Translations under genes and position numbers: made by a program
Notes under the pieces: model-generated
What the model saw: only the letters and a program-made list of their open reading frames with translations
What the model was told of the DNA's origin: nothing
Databases searched by the model: none
Assembly (NCBI GenBank): GCA_964516305.1
Contig: CAZEZH010000002.1
Location: 11,818 to 75,817, forward strand
Length of the DNA stretch: 64,000 bases
Direction: 5' to 3'
DNA from: an uncultured Halochromatium sp.
Lineage (GTDB): Bacteria; Pseudomonadota; Gammaproteobacteria; Chromatiales; Chromatiaceae
Shown here: one piece after another, positions 45,745-55,351 of the stretch
Layout of the letters: each line of letters starts with the position of its first letter
Position numbering within the stretch: position 1 is the first letter of the stretch

Positions 45745-45852
45745 AGGGGGTTTCCAATACCAGATGGGGCGCGAGTCGTTTATCGTAACCTGACAACCAG
45801 CGCGGAACAGCGCATAAAGATCAACAACAACCACCTACATAAGGGGCCCCTC

Positions 45853-46281
45853 ATGGGCGAACGCTTACCAACCCCTCTCTCTCCTGAACAGGCACATCGA
45901 CTGCTTCAGGATGATCCGCAAGCCTTACTCGTCGATATCCGTTCCACCATGGAGTTTCTGTTTGTCGGCCATCCGAGCGGCGCTGTGCACGTACCTTGGA
46001 TCGATGAGCCTGACTGGATCGTCAATCCGCAGTTCCTGACCGAGATCCGCAAGCGCTTGCTAGGCGGCGCCGTCTGCACCCCGGAGGACAGCTGTGCCTC
46101 TGTGGTTTTGATCTGCCGCAGTGGCAAACGCTCGCTCGAGGCCGGCAAGGCCTTGCTCGAGGCCGGACTTGCGAACGTGTTCCATGTTGACGAAGGTTTT
46201 GAGGGCGAACTCGATGACCAGCACCACCGATCCACGCTCGGTGGCTGGCGGTTTCGCGGCCTACCATGGGAGCAGTGTTAA
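45853..46281 (+). CDS. Single-domain rhodanese-like sulfurtransferase
   Basis: LVDIR, GHPSGAVHVPW, active loop CRSGKRS, GW...LPW. Confidence 0.9.
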   Translation: MGERLPTPLSPEQAHRLLQDDPQALLVDIRSTMEFLFVGHPSGAVHVPWIDEPDWIVNPQFLTEIRKRLLGGAVCTPEDSCASVVLICRSGKRSLEAGKALLEAGLANVFHVDEGFEGELDDQHHRSTLGGWRFRGLPWEQC

Positions 46282-46326
46282 GCGCCCAGGGCACCTAGCT
46301 ACCCGACCTCAGTCAGCGCCCTTGAA

Positions 46327-46827
46327 TCAGGCGTTGGCCTGATCCGCCGAGTGCAGCGGCTCGAGCTGGACCTTGGGTCTTGACGAACTCAAGGGCCGTT
46401 TCGCCCGCCGTGCTGCGTCGGCCTCAGTGCCGCGCTCAACCAGATCATGCAGACTGATGTTATTGAGATAGCCGTAGATCCGATCACTGAGATCCATCCA
46501 GAGGTCATGGGTCAAGCAAGGACCGTCACCCTTGCAGTTATGCGCGCCACCGCAACGCGTAGTGTCGACATTCTCGTCGACGGCGGTGATCACCTCGGCG
46601 ATGTAGATCGAGCCCGCCTCGCGAGCGAGATTATAGCCCCCGCCCGGGCCCCGCACGCTGATCACGAGGCCACGCTTGCGCAGTTTCGCAAATAATTGTT
46701 CTAAGTAAGACAGGGAGATCCCCTGTCGCTGAGCAATATCCGCAAGCGCAATTGGTCCGCTGCCTTGATGGATGGCCAAATCTAGAACGGCGGTCACCGC
46801 ATAGCGCCCTTTTGTTGTCAGTCTCAC
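46327..46827 (-). CDS. iscR: Fe-S cluster regulator IscR
   Basis: [27 protein letters not shown]5-C-X5-C-X2-H ligands. Confidence 0.93.
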   Translation of the reverse strand: MRLTTKGRYAVTAVLDLAIHQGSGPIALADIAQRQGISLSYLEQLFAKLRKRGLVISVRGPGGGYNLAREAGSIYIAEVITAVDENVDTTRCGGAHNCKGDGPCLTHDLWMDLSDRIYGYLNNISLHDLVERGTEADAARRAKRPLSSSRPKVQLEPLHSADQANA

Positions 46828-46845
46828 CTCGACTCCTCCTCGCTG

Positions 46846-46896
46846 ATACCCTAGTCTAACGACATCCTATGATAGCCGACGAATACCATCAATTTT
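46846..46896 (-). promoter_or_regulatory. Putative iscR promoter overlapped by IscR type-1-like site(s)
   Basis: Minus strand TTGATG-N17-TAGGAT (46864-46892); plus strand ATAGCCGAC...TCAA resembles the ATASYYGAC half-site, with a weaker tandem ATACCC copy. Confidence 0.5.
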
Positions 46897-47665
46897 TCTC
46901 GGGCTCCGAGCTGAGTTCTGCCGGGTCGAGCACGCAGTCATCGAGATCGTTGATATGTTCGAAGTGCCGGGTTATCCCCTGCTCCTCCAGCGCCCGCGAC
47001 ATGGCCTCCATGCGCCGGTCCATGATGTGGATGTGATCGAGCATCCGATTCACTGCGTTCGCAACCGGATCCGGCGCATCGCGGGTGGCACCATAGGCAT
47101 CGAACCCCATTTGTTTGGCGGTGTCTGCGCGTCGACGCGTCGCCGCATCCGCCGCATGCTCAATCACCCGACCCGGCACACCAACCACGGTCCCACCGGC
47201 CGGAACCGGCTTCACCACCACCGCATTGGAGCCGATACGCGCGCCATCGCCGATCGCGATCGGCCCCAGCACCTTGGCGCCAGCACCCACCACCACATCA
47301 CAACCCAGGGTCGGATGGCGCTTTCCCTTCTGCCAGCTCGTGCCACCCAGGGTCACGCCGTGATAGAGCGTGCAGTCATCGCCAACCACAGCGGTCTCGC
47401 CGATCACGACCCCCATACCGTGATCGATGAAGAAGCGCCGGCCGAGTTCGGCACCGGGGTGGATCTCGATCCCAGTCAGTAGCCGCGCCAGATTCGATAA
47501 CACCCGGGCGAGCCATTTGAAGCCCCGCCGCCAGAGTGCGTAGGAAACGCGGTGCATCATCACCGCATGCAGCCCCGGATAGGTCGTCAGCACCTCGAAC
47601 GCATTGCGCGCGGCTGGATCGCGCTCGAACACGCAGTCGATGTCTTCTCGCAGCCGCTTAAACAT
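46889..47665 (-). CDS. cysE: Serine O-acetyltransferase
   Basis: [34 protein letters not shown]. Confidence 0.97.
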   Translation of the reverse strand: MFKRLREDIDCVFERDPAARNAFEVLTTYPGLHAVMMHRVSYALWRRGFKWLARVLSNLARLLTGIEIHPGAELGRRFFIDHGMGVVIGETAVVGDDCTLYHGVTLGGTSWQKGKRHPTLGCDVVVGAGAKVLGPIAIGDGARIGSNAVVVKPVPAGGTVVGVPGRVIEHAADAATRRRADTAKQMGFDAYGATRDAPDPVANAVNRMLDHIHIMDRRMEAMSRALEEQGITRHFEHINDLDDCVLDPAELSSEPEKN

Positions 47666-47700
47666 CAGATCTTCCCCTTAATCCAGTGCCCGCGCCCCGA

Positions 47701-48630
47701 TCAGCGCTGAAACCGATCCGGCCGTTTTCGCCCCTCGGCCGCGGCCAGGATGCCGCGCAGGATATTCAGCTCGGTACGATCCGGGCGGGCGCGATTGAAC
47801 AGCCGCCGCAAGCGCCGACGCAGGGTGTCGGACTGCGTTGGATCAGCAAATCCAATCTGCGCCATGGTCCGCTCCAGATGACCATAGAAGCTCGCCATCT
47901 CGTCGGCGGCCGCCAAGTCGGGTCTCTGGGCCGATGACTGATCCAGAGACGCCTCTCCGACCAAGGCTTGCGGCTGGACCTGTGCGTCAGTCTCCCACTG
48001 CAGTGCCGTGCGCCGAATCTCGTAGGCAAAGACCTGGGCCGCAGCGGCAATATTCAGCGAACTGTAATCCGGATTGGTCGCGATCCGCGTTAGGAAATGA
48101 CAATACGACAGCTCATCGTTGGTGAGTCCGGAGCGCTCTCGACCCAGCAACAGCGCCACCCCGGCCTGCTCGGCATCGCGCAACAGATGCTCGGCGCAGC
48201 CGCCCGGGTCCACCTCCGGCCAAGCCAAGCTCCGTGCACGCGCGCTCGAGCCAATCACCAACCGGCAGCCAGTTAGCGCCTCGGCCAACGAATCGCAGAT
48301 CTGCGCGCGCGCCAGCAGATCATCGGCCCCGGCCGCGCGCGCCATCGCCTCGGCGTCAAGCGACTGCTGGGGCCGCACGAGCACCAGCTGCGCCAGCCCC
48401 ATGGTCTTCATCGCGCGCGCAACGGCGCCAACGTTGGCACTGAGGCTAGGCTCGACCAGCACGAATCGAACGCGGCTCAGCCGCGTCTCACGCTGCAGAG
48501 CACCCGTTTCCGAACTCGGCTCGCCACGACTGGAAGGCACGATGGCTGAGGGGGACGGCGCCGAGGGCTCTGCCGAGGAGGACTCTGCCGATGGCTCTGA
48601 GGGTGCATGTTGTTCACTTGCGTCCATCAC
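47701..48630 (-). CDS. trmJ: tRNA 2'-O-methyltransferase, TrmJ family
   Basis: NVGAVARAMKTMG, GRERSGLTN, YSSLN, ELNILRG; suhB-trmJ-cysE context. Confidence 0.9.
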   Translation of the reverse strand: MMDASEQHAPSEPSAESSSAEPSAPSPSAIVPSSRGEPSSETGALQRETRLSRVRFVLVEPSLSANVGAVARAMKTMGLAQLVLVRPQQSLDAEAMARAAGADDLLARAQICDSLAEALTGCRLVIGSSARARSLAWPEVDPGGCAEHLLRDAEQAGVALLLGRERSGLTNDELSYCHFLTRIATNPDYSSLNIAAAAQVFAYEIRRTALQWETDAQVQPQALVGEASLDQSSAQRPDLAAADEMASFYGHLERTMAQIGFADPTQSDTLRRRLRRLFNRARPDRTELNILRGILAAAEGRKRPDRFQR

Positions 48631-48700
48631 ATCAGTTCTTCAGACTTTTATTACCTTGTCAATCTACTATCCCTGGCGCTGATGCATTATCGTAGGCGCC

Positions 48701-49510
48701 ATGGATGCCATGTTAAACATTGCTGTACGCGCCGCCCGTCAAGCCGGCCGCATCGCCGTGCGCTCTTACGAGCGCGGCGTCGACCTCCGGGTCAACGAGA
48801 AGGGCCGCAACGACTACGTCAGCGAGGTCGACCGCGCCTGCGAGGCGGCGATCATCGAGGAGCTGCGGGCTAAGTTCCCCAACCACGCCATCCTCGCCGA
48901 GGAGAGCGGCAGCAGCAAGGGCCGTGGTGATGGCGATGAGTTCCAGTGGATCATCGACCCCCTCGACGGCACCACCAATTACCTGCACGGCTTCCCGCAA
49001 TGGTCGATCTCAATCGGCCTTCGCTACCGTGGGCTGATGGAGCAGGCCGTGGTCTACGACCCGCTGCGCGAAGAACTCTTCACCGCCAGCCGCGGCAGCG
49101 GCGCCATGCTCAATGATCGGCGCATCCGGGTCAGCGATCGGCGCGGGCTGACCGGCGCCTTGATCGGCACCGGCATCCCGTTCCGGGATCAATCACAGCT
49201 CACCACCTATCTCAGCATGATGGCGGCGATGATCCGCGACACCGCTGGAATCCGTCGGCCCGGATCGGCGGCGCTGGACTTCGCCTATGTCGCAGCCGGT
49301 CGCCTTGATGGCTTCTGGGAGCTTGGGCTCTCGCCTTGGGACTTCGCGGCCGGCGCGCTGCTCGTCGCCGAGGCGGGTGGCACGGTGACCGACCTCGCGG
49401 GCGGCGAGCGTTTCTTCGAGACCTGCAATCTAGTCGCCGGCGGCATCAAGGTGCACGGCGCCATGATCGAGCGCCTCAAGCCCTTCCTCAGCGCCAACCT
49501 ACCCGCTTGA
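48701..49510 (+). CDS. suhB: Inositol monophosphatase SuhB
   Basis: WIIDPLDGTTNY, RRPGSAALD, WDFAAG. Confidence 0.95.
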   Translation: MDAMLNIAVRAARQAGRIAVRSYERGVDLRVNEKGRNDYVSEVDRACEAAIIEELRAKFPNHAILAEESGSSKGRGDGDEFQWIIDPLDGTTNYLHGFPQWSISIGLRYRGLMEQAVVYDPLREELFTASRGSGAMLNDRRIRVSDRRGLTGALIGTGIPFRDQSQLTTYLSMMAAMIRDTAGIRRPGSAALDFAYVAAGRLDGFWELGLSPWDFAAGALLVAEAGGTVTDLAGGERFFETCNLVAGGIKVHGAMIERLKPFLSANLPA

Positions 49511-49648
49511 GCAACCGCCCTTCGGGCGTTTGCCAAGACGTGACCTAGTCCCAGCGCCGGGCGCTGTATCCGCTATCCTTAGAGCAGGGGTCAAACAACG
49601 AGACCCTGCTCGGCCAGTTGCGCTGGCCGGGTCGTTGTCCCGGCGGAG

Positions 49649-51478
49649 ATGCGCATGGCTTGGCTTAGCGATACTCAACAATCCATCACGGTAGCAGTAA
49701 GCGGCTCCGGCGGCAGCGGCGCCCTGACGGCAGGCTTCATCCTGCTCGCTGCAGCCCAACGTTGCGGCCACTACGGATTGATGATGCGCTCGGCTGGGCC
49801 CCAAGTCCGCGGCGGCGAGTCAGTCGCTATCCTCCGCATCGGCCGAAGCGTCGTGACCAACATCGGCGATCGCGTCGACCTGCTAGCCGCACTGGATTGG
49901 CGCAACATCGAGCGTTTTCAAGACGAGCTCGCGCTCGACGCGAACAGCCTGATCCTACACGACACCGCCGCCGGCGCGGTCCCAGACGGCATCGCCGCGA
50001 GCGGCGCCGAGCAACGGCCGATCGCTTTCGGGCACCATGCCGCAGAACACAGCGGCGGGCGCGCAAACATGATCGTTGTTGGGGTCCTCGGCGGCGAGGT
50101 CGGACTGCCCCTGCAAGCCTTGTCCGCGGCCACTGAGGCCGTGCTCGGCGCCAAGGCGCCGACCGCCGTTGAGGCGGCGAAGGCCTGCATTGAGACAGGC
50201 TATCGCGGCACAGCGGCTGAGACCGAGGCTGGGCCGACTGCAGCACAAGACCCTTCAATAGCCCGACGCTGGCGGCTCAGTGGCAACGCAGCGACAGGGC
50301 TGGGCGCACTTCGCGCCGAGGTCGGTTTCGTCGCTGCCTATCCGATCACGCCGGCAAGCGAGACACTGGAATGGCTGGCGCCTCGCCTTGAGCGCGCCGG
50401 CGGCACGCTACTGCAAGCCGAAGACGAACTCGCTGCCGTCAACATGCTGGTCGGCGCCAGCTTTGGCGGGGTCCCCGCGCTCACCGCCACCTCTGGCCCT
50501 GGCCTCAGCCTGATGACGGAGGGGATCGGCCTGGCCGTCGCCAGCGAGACACCGATCCTGGTCGTCAATGTCGCCCGTGGCGGACCGAGCACCGGACTGC
50601 CGACCAAATCTGAGCAGGCCGACCTCGACCAAGCCCTCTATGGACTGCACGGCGATGCACCGCATCTGGTGCTTGCACCGCTCGACGTCGGCGACTGTGC
50701 CTATAGCGTGGAGTGGGGCAGCCGACTGGCGGAGCGCCTGCAGACCGCGGCCATCCTGCTGTCCGACCAGGCTCTTGGCCAGACCCATGCGGTGATCGAT
50801 CCGCCACCGCGCTGTCCGCCGGTCCTTGGGCGCAAGCGCACCAGTACACCTCCTGCGCAAACGCCAGCCGATGACGCAGCCTCAACCCCCGAGTTCGCGC
50901 GCTATGCCGCCAGCGCCGATGGCATCTCACCGATGCCTTCACCCGGCGAGCCAGGCTATGAGTACACCGCTGACGGACTCGCGCACAACGCACAGGGCAC
51001 GCCCTCAAGCAACGCGACCGATCACCGCGAACAGCTCACCAAGCTCACCCACAAGCTCAGCGCTCATGACTACGGCGATGGCTGGGCCCGCATCGACCGC
51101 GGCGGCATCTCCGACCAGCCAACTGGCGGTCTGATCAGTCTAGTGACCTGGGGCTCGAGCTGGGGCGCAGTTCAGGAAGCAGCGACCCGGTTGCGCGAGC
51201 AAGGCATACAGGTGCAGACCATCGGGCTGCGACTGCTCGCCCCGCTGCAGCGCGCGCAGTTAACCGCTGCGATCGAGGGCACCCAAGTCCTGGTCGTCGA
51301 GATCAATGCAACCGGCCAGCTCTTTCGTTATCTCAACGCCGAGCGGGCACTGCCAGGCACAGCCCGCTCATTCGCACGGCCAGGACCGCTGCCGCTGCGC
51401 CCATCTGAGATCATCGCGCAGCTGCAACAGCGGACCGACGAGCCGGCGGCACCCGCCAGCCCGAGAGGAGAAATCTGA
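49649..51478 (+). CDS. 2-oxoacid:ferredoxin oxidoreductase alpha subunit (gamma-alpha fusion)
   Basis: GSGGSG, VRGGES, YPITPASE, QAEDE, ATSGPG, RGGPSTGLPT. Confidence 0.92.
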   Translation: MRMAWLSDTQQSITVAVSGSGGSGALTAGFILLAAAQRCGHYGLMMRSAGPQVRGGESVAILRIGRSVVTNIGDRVDLLAALDWRNIERFQDELALDANSLILHDTAAGAVPDGIAASGAEQRPIAFGHHAAEHSGGRANMIVVGVLGGEVGLPLQALSAATEAVLGAKAPTAVEAAKACIETGYRGTAAETEAGPTAAQDPSIARRWRLSGNAATGLGALRAEVGFVAAYPITPASETLEWLAPRLERAGGTLLQAEDELAAVNMLVGASFGGVPALTATSGPGLSLMTEGIGLAVASETPILVVNVARGGPSTGLPTKSEQADLDQALYGLHGDAPHLVLAPLDVGDCAYSVEWGSRLAERLQTAAILLSDQALGQTHAVIDPPPRCPPVLGRKRTSTPPAQTPADDAASTPEFARYAASADGISPMPSPGEPGYEYTADGLAHNAQGTPSSNATDHREQLTKLTHKLSAHDYGDGWARIDRGGISDQPTGGLISLVTWGSSWGAVQEAATRLREQGIQVQTIGLRLLAPLQRAQLTAAIEGTQVLVVEINATGQLFRYLNAERALPGTARSFARPGPLPLRPSEIIAQLQQRTDEPAAPASPRGEI

Positions 51479-52350
51479 TGGCCCCGGCGATGATCCCCAG
51501 TCTGCGCGCACGCGACTACCTCTCCGACGTCAAACCGATCTGGTGCCCAGGATGCGGTCATTTCGGCGTGCTCTCGGCCCTGACCAAGGCGCTGGCCTAC
51601 CTCGAGCGCCCGAAGCATGAGATCGCCGTGATCTCGGGCATCGGCTGCTCCTCGCGCCTGCCCGCTTATCTCGACTGCTATGGTTTCCACGGCCTGCACG
51701 GTCGAGCACTACCGTTGGCGACCGGGCTCAAGGCCGCGCGCCCGGATCTGACTGTCATCGCCGCTGGTGGCGATGGTGACGGCTTCTCGATCGGTGGCAA
51801 TCATTTCTTACATGCCTGCCGTCGGGATATCGACCTCTGCTACATCGTCATGGACAACGCCGTTTACGGCATGACCAAAGGCCAGGCCTCTCCGACCACA
51901 CCGCCGGATTGGACCCAGAGCGCCCTCACCCCCCACGGCACAGGCATCCCCGCCTTTCGACCCGCCGCGATCGCGCTGGCCTCCGGGGCTAGCTTCATCG
52001 CCCGCGGCTTCAGCGCTGATCCGCACGGACTCAGCGAACTCATCGCCCGAGCGGTCTTGCACCCTGGCTTCGCCTTCGTCCATGTACTCAGCCCTTGTCG
52101 TACCTACCGGCCCGATGACCAGTCGAGCTGGAAGCAGGCGGTGCATCCCTACGGCGAGCAATTGCTCTCCGAGACCGCTGTCAACGTTGCGCGCGACTCC
52201 GCGTCTGCTCTGCAGATCCAGGATGACGGCCTTGGCCTGGGCATCCTCCATCAAGTCGTGCGAGACCCGGCATCGACCAGCGCAACGCTGGGCAGCAGCC
52301 CAGACCGACAGGCCGCCCTGCATGCGATCGAAGCAGAGCTGGAGGCGTAG
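51478..52350 (+). CDS. 2-oxoacid:ferredoxin oxidoreductase beta subunit
   Basis: WCPGCG, GIGCS, HGRA, GGDGD...MDN TPP motif, LSPC. Confidence 0.93.
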   Translation: MAPAMIPSLRARDYLSDVKPIWCPGCGHFGVLSALTKALAYLERPKHEIAVISGIGCSSRLPAYLDCYGFHGLHGRALPLATGLKAARPDLTVIAAGGDGDGFSIGGNHFLHACRRDIDLCYIVMDNAVYGMTKGQASPTTPPDWTQSALTPHGTGIPAFRPAAIALASGASFIARGFSADPHGLSELIARAVLHPGFAFVHVLSPCRTYRPDDQSSWKQAVHPYGEQLLSETAVNVARDSASALQIQDDGLGLGILHQVVRDPASTSATLGSSPDRQAALHAIEAELEA

Positions 52351-52355
52351 ACCCG

Positions 52356-52916
52356 ATGAATGACCCCTCGACTACTCAACTCGATATCCGCGCCATCAGC
52401 GCCGGCGAGGCGCTCGCGCATGCGTTAGAGCTTACCCACGACTCCGCCGCACGCTATGCCCAGCTACAGGCCTGCCTCGAAGCCCACCACAACCAGAGCG
52501 CCGCGGATGCCCTCGGCCGGGTCGTCGAGCTTACGCTGACCACCGCCAGCTCGATGCCCGGTCTGCAACCACCGGAGCAACTGCCGCGGATCGCACCCTG
52601 GGAGCTGCACTGGCGATGCCCCGACCTGCTCGCGATGCGCCTAGGCGAGAGCGCGCCTACGGCATGCAATCATCAGATCAGTGGGGCCGAGATACTGCGC
52701 TTGGTGTTGAAGCGTGAGCGCTGTGCGCACGAGCGCTATTCGACTGCCTGCGAACAGGTCGCTTCCACAGAGACGCGCGAGATGCTAACCAGGATCGCGA
52801 TGCGACAGCAGGAGCAACTCGCCCGCCTCGAGACCCTGCTCGCCAACGCTGATGCACTCGAAAGCGAAGAGCCCACGGCACCCAGCGACCTCGACCCACC
52901 CAATCGACCCGACTGA
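52356..52916 (+). CDS. Ferritin/rubrerythrin-like protein, apparently degenerate
   Basis: Duplicated helical pattern (LAHALEL...ARY / LKRERCAHERY), C-terminal DLDPPNRPD; starts 5 nt after OFOR beta. Confidence 0.6.
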   Translation: MNDPSTTQLDIRAISAGEALAHALELTHDSAARYAQLQACLEAHHNQSAADALGRVVELTLTTASSMPGLQPPEQLPRIAPWELHWRCPDLLAMRLGESAPTACNHQISGAEILRLVLKRERCAHERYSTACEQVASTETREMLTRIAMRQQEQLARLETLLANADALESEEPTAPSDLDPPNRPD

Positions 52917-53068
52917 CCCTTCGACCCAGGCCAAGCCGATTACCAAGCCACTCGCAAACCCCTCTCAACCCAGTCGACACCGTTCCCGATCTCGATAGAC
53001 GGTCGGCAAGCGGTCTCGGCGACGCAGGATCAGCAGCCTTGGCGCAGACGGTAACGTCAGCACCCTGC

Positions 53069-53098
53069 TTGACGCCGGCATAGCGCTGCGCCTAGCCT
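53069..53098 (+). promoter_or_regulatory. Possible sigma70 promoter of the parA-like gene pair
   Basis: TTGACG-N18-TAGCCT about 45 nt upstream of the ATG. Confidence 0.35.
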
Positions 53099-53143
53099 TC
53101 CGACTGCTCTGAAATCACTGATCGACTGACTTTCACACACCCG

Positions 53144-53773
53144 ATGAGCATCATTGTCGTCGTCGGCAACAAGGGCGGTACTGGAAAAACGACGCTTGCG
53201 CTGAACCTGGCCGCCGGTCTGTTAAAGCGCGACAGCGTGGTGGTCATCGATGCCGACCCGCAGCAGTCCGCCTATCAATGGCGCCTCGTCGGCGGCGATC
53301 GGCCAGGTCTGCCAGCGGTTGTGGCCGCTGCCCATGGACTCGAGCAAACCATCGCCGCGTTGCGCGAGACCCATCGGCACGTCGTCGTCGATTGCCCGCC
53401 ATCGATCAAGGCGCCGCAAACCGAAACCGCGCTGCGCCTAGCCAAGCACGCACTGATCCCGGTGCAACCATCGCCAATGGATCTCTGGGCGACGACCCAT
53501 ATTGCCCGCACGATTGAACGGCTGCGCTCGGAAAACCCAAAGTTGAGAGCGCTAATCGTGATGAGCCAGATCGAGCCGCGCACCACCCTCTCGAGGCTGA
53601 TGCCCGAGGCCGTCGCCGAGCTAGATCTACCCGTCGCGGCCACGGCTTTACGGCGCCGCTCCATCCATCGTCACTGTGTGCTTGAGGGGCGAACCCTATT
53701 CCAAGCCGGCCGGCGCGGCTCCGAGGCCGCTTCCGAAATCGAATCCTTGATTGCCGAGATCTTTAGCTCATGA
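53144..53773 (+). CDS. ParA-family ATPase, McdA-like
   Basis: Deviant Walker A KGGTGKTT, IDADPQ, VVVDCPP, IPVQPSPMD; short form without N-terminal HTH. Confidence 0.9.
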   Translation: MSIIVVVGNKGGTGKTTLALNLAAGLLKRDSVVVIDADPQQSAYQWRLVGGDRPGLPAVVAAAHGLEQTIAALRETHRHVVVDCPPSIKAPQTETALRLAKHALIPVQPSPMDLWATTHIARTIERLRSENPKLRALIVMSQIEPRTTLSRLMPEAVAELDLPVAATALRRRSIHRHCVLEGRTLFQAGRRGSEAASEIESLIAEIFSS

Positions 53774-54105
53774 CAGACAAGAGCCGCACCGAGCGTCGCC
53801 TGATCGCATCGATCCGCCAGGTCAAGACCGGTGACGAAACGCCGCCCGAGAGCAACGCGTCGGAGCCACCCGAGAAGACGACAGCGAACCCCGCCAGCCC
53901 TGAAGCTCGACCCAGAACAGCGCCAACCAAGGCGCCAGCAGTAACAGGCACGGCACCAGCCGAGCCAATGGCCTCGACGCCGCAGCAGTCACCCTCGCCA
54001 GCAATGGCCAAGCCACGGTTACTGAAGAGCCCAGTCAAGACGAAAGCTGACCCAGCTGCCCGGACGGCCGGTTACCAGAGTCCAGGACGGGTCTGGCCAG
54101 ACTGA
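53770..54105 (+). CDS. McdB-like disordered adaptor protein
   Basis: ATGA overlap with parA; basic N-terminal helix, Pro/Ala/Thr-rich body, C-terminal RVWPD. Confidence 0.75.
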   Translation: MTDKSRTERRLIASIRQVKTGDETPPESNASEPPEKTTANPASPEARPRTAPTKAPAVTGTAPAEPMASTPQQSPSPAMAKPRLLKSPVKTKADPAARTAGYQSPGRVWPD

Positions 54106-54248
54106 CATCGAGACCCGAGGCCTCCACCACTAGGGACTTCCCTTATTCGGGATTACCCGTATACTAGCGTCATCGACCACTATCACGCCTGACTGGGCCT
54201 GGTGTCTCCGCACCCTCAAGCCCGGCGATTGACGATCAGGGTTCATCG

Positions 54249-54644
54249 ATGACAAACAAATACAGCATCCTCCTTGTTGGCCTCCCGCTTCTCATGGCTT
54301 TCAGCGCCCCGCTGATCGCCGCGCAGCCCGGCCAGGTCCTCACCGGCGTCGCCTCCTACTACCACGACAGCCTGCATGGCAATAAGACCGCCAGCGGCAA
54401 GATCTATAACAAGAATCAGCTTAGCGCCGCCCACAAATCGCTGCCGCTCGGCACGCGCGTGCGGGTAACAGAGCCAGGCTCGGGTCGCAGCGTGATCCTC
54501 GAGGTCAACGATCGAGGCCCCTTCATCAAGGGCCGCATCATCGACCTCTCGCGCCGCGCCGCTACCGAACTCGGCATGATCAAGAAGGGACTCGCCAAGG
54601 TAAAGGTCGAAGTCCTTAGCCTGCCTGGTCGCAGCGGCGCCTAG
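54249..54644 (+). CDS. RlpA-family (DPBB) lytic transglycosylase-like protein
   Basis: GVASYY, TASG, AAHKSLPLGT, VNDRGPF, IIDLS. Confidence 0.9.
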   Translation: MTNKYSILLVGLPLLMAFSAPLIAAQPGQVLTGVASYYHDSLHGNKTASGKIYNKNQLSAAHKSLPLGTRVRVTEPGSGRSVILEVNDRGPFIKGRIIDLSRRAATELGMIKKGLAKVKVEVLSLPGRSGA

Positions 54645-54781
54645 CGTATCGAATTGCGCATACCCATCGCATCGAACCTTAGTCTTCCGGCATAGTCCCC
54701 TTTTCTAGACGCTTGGATCTCGGCCATGCCGACCAAAATTTCAAGCCGTCATTGTTTTGGAAATCTTTGGAGACAGACTCA

Positions 54782-55351
54782 ATGCGAAAGATCATGCTGA
54801 TATCGGCCGCGACCCTCTTCTGTTCAGTCCCGCCACTGTCGATGGCAGACACCACGGCCGGTGCCAACGACGAAGCCCAGGCGCTTATCCAGCAGTTCGC
54901 CTCCACCCTCAAGACGGAACTGGTCAGCGCGATGAAGGCCGGCGGACCAACGAACGGCATCGCAGTCTGCAAAGAAAAGGCCCCGGCAATCGCCGAAACC
55001 CTGTCAGAGACCTCCGAGTGGGTGGTCGGCCGCACCAGCCTCAAGACCCGCAATCCCGACAATGCGCCTGACGCCTGGGAGACGCGCATCCTCGAACAGT
55101 TCGATTCACTCAAGGCCGCTGGCAACCCGGTCGCCGGGATGAGCTATGCCGAGGTGGTCAAAACAGACGGCCAGGAGACCTATCGCTATATGAAGGCGAT
55201 CCCAACCGAGGGGGTCTGCCTGACCTGCCACGGGACCGATCTCGATCCTGAGCTAGCGACCACGATTGATGAGGCTTATCCTGAGGATCAGGCGCGCGGC
55301 TACTCAGCCGGCGACATCCGCGGCGCCTTCACCCTGAGCAAGCCGCTCTAG
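54782..55351 (+). CDS. DUF3365/Tll0287-like c-type cytochrome
   Basis: Signal peptide, IAVC, RTSLKTRNPDNAPDAWE, CLTCH heme site, GDIRGAF. Confidence 0.85.
   Translation: MRKIMLISAATLFCSVPPLSMADTTAGANDEAQALIQQFASTLKTELVSAMKAGGPTNGIAVCKEKAPAIAETLSETSEWVVGRTSLKTRNPDNAPDAWETRILEQFDSLKAAGNPVAGMSYAEVVKTDGQETYRYMKAIPTEGVCLTCHGTDLDPELATTIDEAYPEDQARGYSAGDIRGAFTLSKPL

Noticed and set aside
53144-53773. Chromosomal or plasmid parAB partition locus
   Set aside because: No ParB domain, rep gene or iterons; the partner is disordered and ends in WPD.
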